This document shows, piece by piece, positions 7,622 to 15,933 of a stretch of 35,011 nt of DNA. Below the pieces are notes generated by a model. That model made no database searches. It had not been told where the DNA came from and saw only the letters and a list, made by a program, of their open reading frames with translations. The stretch is from NCBI GenBank assembly GCA_044869275.1, contig JBIOXB010000010.1, positions 1-35,011 of the forward strand. The letters run 5' to 3'. How positions within the stretch are numbered: the stretch's first letter is position 1; each line of letters begins with the position of its first letter. Both the position numbers and the translations under genes were made by a program. Source of the stretch: a bacterium (GTDB lineage: Bacteria; Zhuqueibacterota; Zhuqueibacteria; Zhuqueibacterales; Zhuqueibacteraceae).

Positions 7622-8938
7622 CTACGCCGGAGTCTCGCCGGCGTTTTTTCCTCCCGGCTCGATAATCATCGCCGCAATCACCACCGCCAGCAGGCTCAGC
7701 ACCGCAGCATAATAGCATACCGCTTGGAAGCCATATTTGACGTAAAGAAAGCCTCCGATCGCCGCGCTGAACGCGATGGCGATTTGTGAGGTGGCATTGC
7801 GCAGAGCGATGTAGGCGCCGCGCTGCATCGCCGGCGCAAGCTCGGAAATCAATGCCTGATACGCGCCCTCGCGTGAGGCCAGAATGAAACCGCCGACGGC
7901 GAACAAGGCAAAAATTTGCCAGCGGCTATCGGCGAGCGGTACGAGCAGCAAAACGCCGATCAACAAGAAACTACCCGCCATGATCATGCGGCGTTTGCCG
8001 ACGTGATCCGACAGCCAGCCGCCGCTGATACCGCCGACAGTGGAAAACACTCCGGTGGTCAGAAACACCAACCCGATGGTCGAAAGCGGCATTTGAAAGG
8101 CAGACGCCAAATAGGCACCGAGATACGTGACCAATCCCGAGGTCGTGCCGGAATAAGTGACGGCCAGCAGCAAACCCCGGCGCGTGTGAACGGCGGCCCA
8201 ATATCCCGCATAAGTGCGCAGTTGTTGCCGGATCGCCGGCCACACCGGAATCTCAGAGAGCGCCGCAGCGCTATTCCGGTTGGTGATCACCCCTCGCCCA
8301 TGGATGAAAAATGCCAGCGGCGCCATGGCCACAGCAATGATCACGTAAATCACGCGCCAGCCCCAATGCTCGGCGATCCACGTGGCCGCGGGAATGCCGA
8401 TGATGCCGGCCGCGGAGTACATCATACTGATCAGACCCATGGCCCGTCCACGCTGCTCGTAGGGGAATAAATCCGCCATTTGCGCCATCACACATGCCGA
8501 TATGGTGCCGCCGCCCAGTCCAGCCATGAAGCGCGCGAGCAAATATAGGCCGAAATATTCCGACAAGAAAACGACCACGGCGGAAAGCGAAAACGCCACG
8601 GCCGCGAGCCGTAAAAAGACCAAACGGCCGAAATGATCTGACAGCGGCCCCACTGCCAGCGTCCAACCCGCGGAGGCAATGGAGTAAACGGTCACCGCCA
8701 TGCCGGCGCTGGCCGTCGAGATATGAAAGTCTCTCATCACCTCCGGCAGCAGCGGAGAAATGATTTGCGCGTCCAAAATTCCAAGGAAAATGAGCAAGAG
8801 CAATTGTACGATCAATCCGGTGCGCAAGGCATTGAAGCTGACCGCCGGAGCGGTTAACTCGGGCTGGCTCAGAGTGGCAACAGGTGCTGGCGGTTTGGTC
8901 ACAGTGTTTGGCGTCAAGTTCGTGAGTTGCTTTCTCAA
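7622..8938 (-). CDS. MFS transporter (DHA1-like); start uncertain (TTG)
   Basis: 12-TM pattern. Motif A GPLSDHFGR and repeat GWLSDHVGKRR. FPYEQRGRAMG. Confidence 0.9.
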   Translation of the reverse strand: MRKQLTNLTPNTVTKPPAPVATLSQPELTAPAVSFNALRTGLIVQLLLLIFLGILDAQIISPLLPEVMRDFHISTASAGMAVTVYSIASAGWTLAVGPLSDHFGRLVFLRLAAVAFSLSAVVVFLSEYFGLYLLARFMAGLGGGTISACVMAQMADLFPYEQRGRAMGLISMMYSAAGIIGIPAATWIAEHWGWRVIYVIIAVAMAPLAFFIHGRGVITNRNSAAALSEIPVWPAIRQQLRTYAGYWAAVHTRRGLLLAVTYSGTTSGLVTYLGAYLASAFQMPLSTIGLVFLTTGVFSTVGGISGGWLSDHVGKRRMIMAGSFLLIGVLLLVPLADSRWQIFALFAVGGFILASREGAYQALISELAPAMQRGAYIALRNATSQIAIAFSAAIGGFLYVKYGFQAVCYYAAVLSLLAVVIAAMIIEPGGKNAGETPA

Positions 8939-8950
8939 AATGAAGTTTCT

Positions 8951-10315
8951 TTATCGGGGTTCATAGTTGGTCACGAAGTAATCATCGATCAACCCGGCGG
9001 CTTTGAGGCTGTCGGCGGCGACGCGTGCCCGCCGCGCGGAGGGATATTTTCCCACGCGCACGCGATACCAACCGCGGGAGGAATGGGGTTCCAGCACATA
9101 TACCTCGAGCCGGCGGCGTTGCAACAATCCGGCCGCCGCATCGGCGCTGCGCTTGTCTTTGAGCGCGACGACTTGCAGCGAGAAGTAGTGCGTGGTATCC
9201 GGCGCGGTGGAGGCTTGCGGCGCAGCCGCCTCGGGCAGGCGTGAAAAAGAGAACGACCGCGTCAAATAGATGATTCCGATCAGGGACAAAATCATCAAGC
9301 CCAGCGTGAGCTCGCGCTTGTACGGGCGCAGCCAGGAGAGGCCTTCCCACAGCCACTGGCGCAATTGAAACTGCAAGTGCGCCACCTGCTCATGCGCTGA
9401 TTTTTTCTCAACCTGCTTCTCCGCTTTCAGCCAGCCCGCTTTTTCTTCCGGCGTGAGGTGCGCGGCGCGGGAAGCAACTTGCTGTGCCAGCGCATCATAT
9501 CGGCGCGCTTTTTGATAAGCGTCATGCAATGCATACAAAGCCTGGCGCACGCGAGGGTCGTGCCCGGCACGGCGGTCGAAAGCATGCATGAGGCACCAAG
9601 CGGAAAAATCATCACGGCGAGGATGCTGCAAAACTTTCCGCAGGCACAAGGCGAGAATTTCATCTGTCAGCGGCCCGCCCCGGGACAAATACTTCGCATA
9701 AAAATATTCGGCGCGATAATGCGTTTTTCTTTCTTTCAGGAAATGCTCGACAAAAAACGTCGCGAGTGTTTCATCCTCCGGGCGGTAATCGAGCAGTTCC
9801 TCGGCAAGATTGGCAACCTCCAGCGTCAGCGTTTTCTGATTGAGAACATGAGATTTCAAAACATGATAAGCTTCTTCCGGGCGCACGCCGGAGCGCATGG
9901 CCATGACGAGCTGCTCTTGAAAATCGCTGCGCTCGGGATGCTCGGCGTAAAACGGAAAATAGCTGCGCAACAATTGCCGTTGCAGGCCCCGCTGTTTCTG
10001 TGCCGACAACAAACCGCCGCGCAGCAATTGCAACAGCAGTGCGAAAACTTCCTGCACCTCGTTTTCGCGGTTGCTTTCCAGCAGCAGTTTGCCGCGATTG
10101 TGCAGAAACTCAAAACGCCTTTCGCCTTCGCGCGTGAGATACTGGCTCGCCAGCGCGAAAAGGCCGAGGCCGAGCAACGCGACCATGATTTCATCAAACA
10201 AATTGCTTTGCGGCAGGAAAACCTCATGCACCAGCCAGAGCACTAAGAACGCCGTGGGAAGCAGCGCCACCAGGCTCCAAAACAGCCGCAAAACGAGCCA
10301 GCGAAAAGTGGTCAT
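8951..10315 (-). CDS. Membrane protein with C-terminal SPOR (peptidoglycan-binding) domain
   Basis: Two N-terminal TM helices, long helical region, third TM, Ala/Pro linker, then YFSLQVVAL...GWYRVRVGKYPSARRAR...LKAAGLIDDYFV. Confidence 0.8.
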   Translation of the reverse strand: MTTFRWLVLRLFWSLVALLPTAFLVLWLVHEVFLPQSNLFDEIMVALLGLGLFALASQYLTREGERRFEFLHNRGKLLLESNRENEVQEVFALLLQLLRGGLLSAQKQRGLQRQLLRSYFPFYAEHPERSDFQEQLVMAMRSGVRPEEAYHVLKSHVLNQKTLTLEVANLAEELLDYRPEDETLATFFVEHFLKERKTHYRAEYFYAKYLSRGGPLTDEILALCLRKVLQHPRRDDFSAWCLMHAFDRRAGHDPRVRQALYALHDAYQKARRYDALAQQVASRAAHLTPEEKAGWLKAEKQVEKKSAHEQVAHLQFQLRQWLWEGLSWLRPYKRELTLGLMILSLIGIIYLTRSFSFSRLPEAAAPQASTAPDTTHYFSLQVVALKDKRSADAAAGLLQRRRLEVYVLEPHSSRGWYRVRVGKYPSARRARVAADSLKAAGLIDDYFVTNYEPR

Positions 10316-10568
10316 TCTGATTTGTGCGCTTGAGTTCTAGCCACGTAACCAAACCTGTAAGCCCGGAAACCGGTTGTGCGTTCCTGCGTTCAAATCTTCA
10401 CAGAGCGTATTGTCCAAAATTCCTATGCGAGAGCAAAATGCAAGTCGAGTATTCGCCTGGCTTTTCTTCGTGAAACTCTGTGATACAAACTTGCAAAACT
10501 CTGCTTTTTTAGCAAAGTTTCTGGCGTAGTCAGCCAGAAGTGATAACCCTGCAAAAAATAATAATTAA

Positions 10569-10637
10569 TTCCACGCGGATCAAAACACCACGCGGATAGT
10601 TTATAATTTTCCGTGTGGTGTTTTGATCCGTGTGGAA
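10569..10637. repeat. 28-bp-arm hairpin built from two CCACGCGGA units per arm
   Basis: Arm 10569-10596 pairs with 10610-10637 around a 13-nt loop. The only two non-Watson-Crick pairs are G:T on the plus strand. Followed by GCGGC-TCA-GCCGC (10649-10661). Confidence 0.9.
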
Positions 10638-10743
10638 CCATTTTGGTTGCGGCTCAGCCGCGCTGTGTGCTTTGTGTTGTTCTTTTGGGCTGAGATTGAT
10701 TCTAAATGTAACATAGTCACGTTACATACTCTACAGATTATGA

Positions 10744-12693
10744 TCACGGCCAAAAACCATCCGACTGGGCCTCCGCGGGCACGACCACGGCGATGCCTTC
10801 TTCCGGATTGGACACTTCGTTGCCCGTGACCGGATCGACGTACAACGTGCGCAAACCCTCTGGCACAGCGAATTCACGCGCGGGATAAAGTTCCGTGGCG
10901 CGCTTCATGAAATTCGCCCAAATCGGCGCGCCGCCGCGCGCGCCATCGACCTCCCGGCCTTCTTTGGTGCGCATGACAGAGTCACGGTCGTATCCCACCC
11001 ATACCGAAGTCGACAAGCTGGTGGTGAAGCCGGTAAACCAGGCATCGGTCGCTTCCGTGCTGGTGCCGGTCTTGCCGGCAGCAGGCGCCGTGAAGCCCAG
11101 GCTGCGAATCACGCGGCCGGTGCCTTGCTCGATCACCCCCATCATCATGTCCAGCAATTCATACGTTTGCGCGGGATCAAAGCGCGGCTCGCCGAGGCCA
11201 AACAGGCTCACGGCAGAATCCAGCACGATGCCGTTGAGGTCTTCGACCCGTTTGATCAGAGCCGGGCGATGATATTCGCCGTTATTGGCAATCACCGCAT
11301 ACGCCGAAGCCATCTCCATGGGCGAGACGCTGGAGGTGCCCAGCGCGATCGACAAAACTTCTTCCAGCGGCGCGGTCATGCCGAAGCGCCGCATGGTTTC
11401 CACCACTTTTCTCGGTGTGGCTTGAGCGGTGAGCTGCGCCGCGATCAGATTGACGGATTGCATCAGTGCGGCTTTCAAGATCAGCGCGCCGCGATAACGC
11501 CGGTCATAATTGCGCGGCCGCCAGGGCCGCGTCCCCGGCGGATTGAACGTCATGGCGGTGTCATAAACCACGCTGCGCGGGGAGAGGCCGAGCTGCTCAA
11601 TCGCCGTCATATAAATGAACGGCTTCACGCCCGAACCGATGTGGCGGTTTTCAGTGACCGCGCGGTTGAAGCCGCCGGGCACGTATTCCCGTGCCCCGAC
11701 CAGCGCCTTGATCTCGCCCGTGGGCACCGTCACCACCGCCATCGCGCCTTGCAGGCGATTGCCGGTGGAATCGAGCGCGGCTTCGAGCTGGGCCACGCCC
11801 TCGCGCAATTCCTCCTCGGCCAGGCGCTGGAGCGTGGGATCGAGGGTGGTGTAAATGCGCAAGCCGCCGAATTGTACGGCCTCGCGGCCATAGCGCTTTT
11901 CGGCTTCGGTGATCACGTAGTCGAGAAAGTCATTGCCCAGCGTGCGGCGCCGCGACAGCCGCAGCGAATCCGCAAAAGCGCTTTGCATCTCCTCCGGAGT
12001 AATGAAGTCATTTTTTACCATGCGACCCAGAATGAGCTTCTGCCGTGCTTTGGCTTTGTCTAAGTGCGAAAACGGATTCAGAGTCGAGGGCGAGTTGACG
12101 ATGCCCGCCAGCAATGCGGCTTCGGGCAGATTCAGCGCCGCAGCTGGTTTGTTGAAAAACTGCTGCGCCGCGTCCTCGACGCCATAAGCCGCGCCGCCGA
12201 AATAAACCAAGTTGCAGTACGCCTCCAGAATCTGCTCTTTGCGAAAGGTGGTCTCCATCTGAAAGCTGATCAGAATCTCCTTGACCTTGCGCAGCAAAGA
12301 CTTCTCGAAAGAGAAAAAAAGATTCTTGGTGAGCTGCTGCGTAATCGTCGAGCCGCTTTGCAGCGAATGGCCGGTGAGGCTGCGAAATGCTCCGCGCAGC
12401 GTGGCGAGCTTATCCACGCCGTGATGCCGGTAGAATCTGCCATCCTCTGCCGCCACCACCGCTTGCAAGAATTGGGGGCTGATCTGCTCGATGGTGACGT
12501 AGGAACGGCCACCGAGGCGGTACACCAAGCTGCCATCGGCCGCATAGATTTCCGTCGGCCGCGCATACACCAGACTGCGCAAATCTTCGGGAACATAGGG
12601 CAGGTCTTGCAACACCACAAAAAAACCGACGATGGTGATGAGCAAGAAAATGGTCATGCATACGACGAGGCTAAAACTGAGACGGGCTTTCAT
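10744..12693 (-). CDS. Class A penicillin-binding protein (PBP1A family transglycosylase/transpeptidase)
   Basis: TG motifs EDGRFYRHHG, GSTITQQLTKN, RKVKE. TP motifs SGVK (SxxK), SVN (SxN), KTG. Start taken at ATG 12693 (MKARLSF), just before the TM anchor. Confidence 0.95.
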   Translation of the reverse strand: MKARLSFSLVVCMTIFLLITIVGFFVVLQDLPYVPEDLRSLVYARPTEIYAADGSLVYRLGGRSYVTIEQISPQFLQAVVAAEDGRFYRHHGVDKLATLRGAFRSLTGHSLQSGSTITQQLTKNLFFSFEKSLLRKVKEILISFQMETTFRKEQILEAYCNLVYFGGAAYGVEDAAQQFFNKPAAALNLPEAALLAGIVNSPSTLNPFSHLDKAKARQKLILGRMVKNDFITPEEMQSAFADSLRLSRRRTLGNDFLDYVITEAEKRYGREAVQFGGLRIYTTLDPTLQRLAEEELREGVAQLEAALDSTGNRLQGAMAVVTVPTGEIKALVGAREYVPGGFNRAVTENRHIGSGVKPFIYMTAIEQLGLSPRSVVYDTAMTFNPPGTRPWRPRNYDRRYRGALILKAALMQSVNLIAAQLTAQATPRKVVETMRRFGMTAPLEEVLSIALGTSSVSPMEMASAYAVIANNGEYHRPALIKRVEDLNGIVLDSAVSLFGLGEPRFDPAQTYELLDMMMGVIEQGTGRVIRSLGFTAPAAGKTGTSTEATDAWFTGFTTSLSTSVWVGYDRDSVMRTKEGREVDGARGGAPIWANFMKRATELYPAREFAVPEGLRTLYVDPVTGNEVSNPEEGIAVVVPAEAQSDGFWP

Positions 12694-13528
12694 AGGCGCG
12701 AGAGCGGGCCACAAAGGGAGTCGTCCATTCTTCCGGCAAATAATAGATGCGCGCGCGGGCGTCGTCGAGCGCAAATGCGGTTTCCATAAAGCCGGCGGTG
12801 ATTTCATTGGAAAACGCCACGCGCACGATGGGTGTGCCGAGATCGGTGAGCACGGGCAATTCGCGGATCATGCGCGTACGATCGTCCACAAATTGGCGGT
12901 CCAGAATCTCGAAGAATTCCGCGCTGGTCAACAGCCGTTCTTTGAAGCGCGGCGCACCGCGCAGATCGAGCACGACCTCGCGGCCGTGATTGGCCAGCAT
13001 GGTGATTTGTTCCTGCAACAGTTCGCTGCGATAGGCGGCTTGCTTGTCCGGCGTGATCAGCAGAATTTCCAATTTGTCTTGCCGCCGCTCGATGAGCACT
13101 TCGGCCAGGCCGCGTTCACGCGGGATTTTCAGCAGCTCTTCGGCAGGCACCAACAGCGGCCGGAAGAACTCCGGCAGGCTGTGATACACCACACTGAATT
13201 GCTCCGGTGCCAGAGTGATGCTGGGATTGACATTCAAAAACGCGATGAGCTCGTCAAAGGTGGTGATGCTGGAGAGCGCACGCACGCGCTCGCGCATGGT
13301 GCGGGTGATTTCTTCCACCTTGGTGTGCGCCACCAAGCGATTTTCGCCTTCTTGCCAGGTGCGGCCGACTTTGGGGCGTCCGGAATTTTGCCGGACGAGA
13401 TAATGCCCGATCGCCCGCTCAACGAGGTTGAACGCGGTTTCCGCCGCCAACAAAAGGACCATCACCCCAGCAGCGAGATACAAAGGCTTGCGCACAAAGC
13501 GGAGATATTCGGACTGAGTTTCGGACAT
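12671..13528 (-). CDS. Hypothetical membrane-anchored protein (285 aa), overlapping the PBP start by 23 nt
   Basis: Codon usage like neighbours, N-terminal TM helix, own promoter. No family recognised. Confidence 0.75.
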   Translation of the reverse strand: MSETQSEYLRFVRKPLYLAAGVMVLLLAAETAFNLVERAIGHYLVRQNSGRPKVGRTWQEGENRLVAHTKVEEITRTMRERVRALSSITTFDELIAFLNVNPSITLAPEQFSVVYHSLPEFFRPLLVPAEELLKIPRERGLAEVLIERRQDKLEILLITPDKQAAYRSELLQEQITMLANHGREVVLDLRGAPRFKERLLTSAEFFEILDRQFVDDRTRMIRELPVLTDLGTPIVRVAFSNEITAGFMETAFALDDARARIYYLPEEWTTPFVARSRAYESPSQF

Positions 13529-13533
13529 ACGGG

Positions 13534-13562
13534 AATATAATCACCCCAATCGCCGTGTGCAA
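13534..13562 (-). promoter_or_regulatory. Sigma70-type promoter, probably leaderless, for the hypothetical/PBP1A operon
   Basis: Minus strand TTGCAC (13562-13557), 17 nt, TATATT (13539-13534), 5 nt, ATG (13528). Confidence 0.65.
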
Positions 13563-13626
13563 GTGGTGAAAAAAGTCGAGAGCTGGCTGCGCGGTGCCTG
13601 CAATGAAATCGCGCGGGCTCCGGTTC

Positions 13627-13665
13627 AAACAAAAAATGCCCGCGACGGTTTCTGCCTCGGGCGTT
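13627..13665 (-). terminator. Possible intrinsic terminator after ppk1
   Basis: Minus strand imperfect stem GCCCG...CGGGC followed by ATTTTTTGTTT. Confidence 0.45.
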
Positions 13666-13709
13666 GGTGTGCGCGAACAAAAACAAGCAATCCTAAACCG
13701 GAGCGTGAC

Positions 13710-15863
13710 CTATACCGCACGTTTCACCATCTCATACAACAAATCCTGCGATCGCCTCGCGACTTCCGTGGCGGGCTTGTGCACGCTCGTGCCTTCCGGT
13801 TGCAAAACTCGCGATTTGACGTTGTCGGACCATTGCAGATCCAAGATTTGCCGCACTTGCTGGCGGCCTTCCGCTGCCAGAATGGGAAACGCGACCTCGA
13901 CGCGGCGGTCGAGATTGCGTGGCATCCAATCCGCGCTCGCCAGAAAAATTTCGGGCTGCCCGTCATTCTCAAAATAATAGATGCGCGCGTGCTCGAGATA
14001 ACGGTCGATGATGCTAATCACGGAGATATTCTCGCTCAAGCCCGGCACGCCTGCCCTCACGCAGCAAATACCGCGTACGATCAAGCGCACCGGCACGCCC
14101 GCCGCGCTGGCGAGATAGAGCTCGTCGATCATCGCGGTATCGGCCAGAGAGTTCATTTTGAGGATGATGCCGGCGCGTTTGCCGGCAGAGGCGTTCTGCG
14201 TTTCGCGGCGGATGCGAGCGACGAAAGCGCCGCGCATGTGCTTTGGTGCCACCAACAAGTGCTGGTAGGTTTCGCGCTCGGCGTAAGCCGTCAGCATGTC
14301 GAAGACTTGCTCGACTTCCGCCGTGAGCGCCTCGTTCGCCGTCAACAACCCGAGATCGCCGTAAAGTCTGCTCGTGCGCTCGTTGTAATTTCCCGTGCTC
14401 AGATGGCAATAGCGGCGGAAGCCCTCGGCTTCCTGGCGCACCATCAGCAGCATCTTCGCATGCGTTTTCAAGCCGGGAAAGCCGTAGATGACGTGCACGC
14501 CGTCTTTTTCCAATTTGCGTGCCCACGAAATATTCGTCTCTTCATCAAAGCGCGCTTTCAATTCCACCAGTGCGATCACGCGCTTGCCGTTCCTCGCCGC
14601 CCGCCCCAGCGCCTTGGCAATCGGCGACTTGTTGGAAACGCGATACAAGGTCATTTTGATATCGCGCACGCCGGGGTCCTCCGCGGCGGCTTCGAGCCAC
14701 TGCACGAGATAATCGAATTTTTGATACGGATGGTGCAGCAAAATATCCTGCGCGCCCATTGCCGTGAACATATCGTGGCTTCTTTCCAGGATGGCCACGG
14801 GCAAAGGCGGCATCGGTGCAAATTGGAGCTCGAGCATCTCGAAACCGGGAAATTGCATGAAATCGGAAAAGGAATGATAGCGCGCACCGGGAAAAAGCTT
14901 CGCGGGGTCGAGCTTGAGCTGCTCGACAAACATGAGCAGCACGCGCGGCGGCATAGCGGGGTCGTACAAAAAGCGCGTGGCCGGGCCCTTTTTGCGTTGC
15001 TGCAAACTGGCTTCGATCGTTTCCAATAAATCTTGCGCTTCCTCTTCCACGTATTCGAGCTCGGCGTCGCGCACGACTTTGATTTCGTAGCATCCCATCA
15101 TGGTCTCGCCCGGAAAGATCTCATGCAAATTCAAGCGGATGATGTCATCCAAGCGGATAAAATACTTTTGCTGATCATGGGCCGGCAATTGCACGAAGCG
15201 GCCGAGCGCACTCGAGGGAATCTGCACCAGCGCCAGGCGCAGTTTCATTTTGAGCTTCGACTTCTTGCGGTGGCCCAATTCCACACAAAAATAAAGCGCC
15301 TTGTTTTCCAAACGCGGGAAGGGGTGGGTCGCATCGATCGCCAGGGGGGTGAGCAGCGGCTTGACGTTTTTGTGGAAATACTTGCTCGCGAACGCGACTT
15401 GTTCGGCGGTGGCCGTGGTTTCATCAAGCAGAAAAATATCGTTCCGTGCCAGTTCCGGTACGATTTGTTCGTTGAAGCAGCGGCCAATGCTTTCATGCGC
15501 GCGATTCACTTTCGCGGTGATCAAGTCCAGTACTTCCTGCGGCGTGAGGCCGTCGGGCCCGGGCGAGGCCACGCCGGCTTCGATTTGCCGCCGCACCGAA
15601 GCCACGCGCACCATGAAAAACTCGTCCAAATTCGAGGCGTAAATGGCGAGAAACTTCACGCGCTCCAAAATCGGCACGCTCGCATCGCGCGCTTCCTCCA
15701 GCACGCGTTCGTTGAATTCCAGCCAGCTCAACTCGCGATTGACAAAACGTTCCCTCGCCGGAAAGCGCGCCTGCAACTGCGCCAGCGCCTCGGATACTTT
15801 TTTCTCGGCACGGGCAGGGCCGGCCAGCGCCGGCGGGGAAATCACAGTCGAAGATTTTTCCAT
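13710..15863 (-). CDS. ppk1: Polyphosphate kinase 1
   Basis: NRELSWLEFNERVL, SNLDEFFMVRVA, HPFP, LHHPY, ELKARFDEETNI, KTHAK, STGNYN, YLEHAR, SADWMPRNLDRRVE. 717 aa. Confidence 0.97.
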   Translation of the reverse strand: MEKSSTVISPPALAGPARAEKKVSEALAQLQARFPARERFVNRELSWLEFNERVLEEARDASVPILERVKFLAIYASNLDEFFMVRVASVRRQIEAGVASPGPDGLTPQEVLDLITAKVNRAHESIGRCFNEQIVPELARNDIFLLDETTATAEQVAFASKYFHKNVKPLLTPLAIDATHPFPRLENKALYFCVELGHRKKSKLKMKLRLALVQIPSSALGRFVQLPAHDQQKYFIRLDDIIRLNLHEIFPGETMMGCYEIKVVRDAELEYVEEEAQDLLETIEASLQQRKKGPATRFLYDPAMPPRVLLMFVEQLKLDPAKLFPGARYHSFSDFMQFPGFEMLELQFAPMPPLPVAILERSHDMFTAMGAQDILLHHPYQKFDYLVQWLEAAAEDPGVRDIKMTLYRVSNKSPIAKALGRAARNGKRVIALVELKARFDEETNISWARKLEKDGVHVIYGFPGLKTHAKMLLMVRQEAEGFRRYCHLSTGNYNERTSRLYGDLGLLTANEALTAEVEQVFDMLTAYAERETYQHLLVAPKHMRGAFVARIRRETQNASAGKRAGIILKMNSLADTAMIDELYLASAAGVPVRLIVRGICCVRAGVPGLSENISVISIIDRYLEHARIYYFENDGQPEIFLASADWMPRNLDRRVEVAFPILAAEGRQQVRQILDLQWSDNVKSRVLQPEGTSVHKPATEVARRSQDLLYEMVKRAV

Positions 15864-15933
15864 TGCTATTCCGCGTAAAATTTAGATAATTGCACACCAC
15901 CGAAGTGGCTACAAAAACAAAAAAAAAGCAGAA

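Noticed and set aside
12694..12807. N-terminal extension of the PBP ORF
   Set aside because: Lies inside the upstream hypothetical gene. ATG 12693 directly precedes the TM anchor.
13557..15029. 490-aa plus-strand ORF
   Set aside because: Antisense to ppk1, which has all conserved motifs.
15911..15933. A-rich tract between ppk1 and the cyclase as a phase-variation site
   Set aside because: Only 9 consecutive A in a divergent promoter region; more likely an UP-element-like tract. No evidence of length variation.
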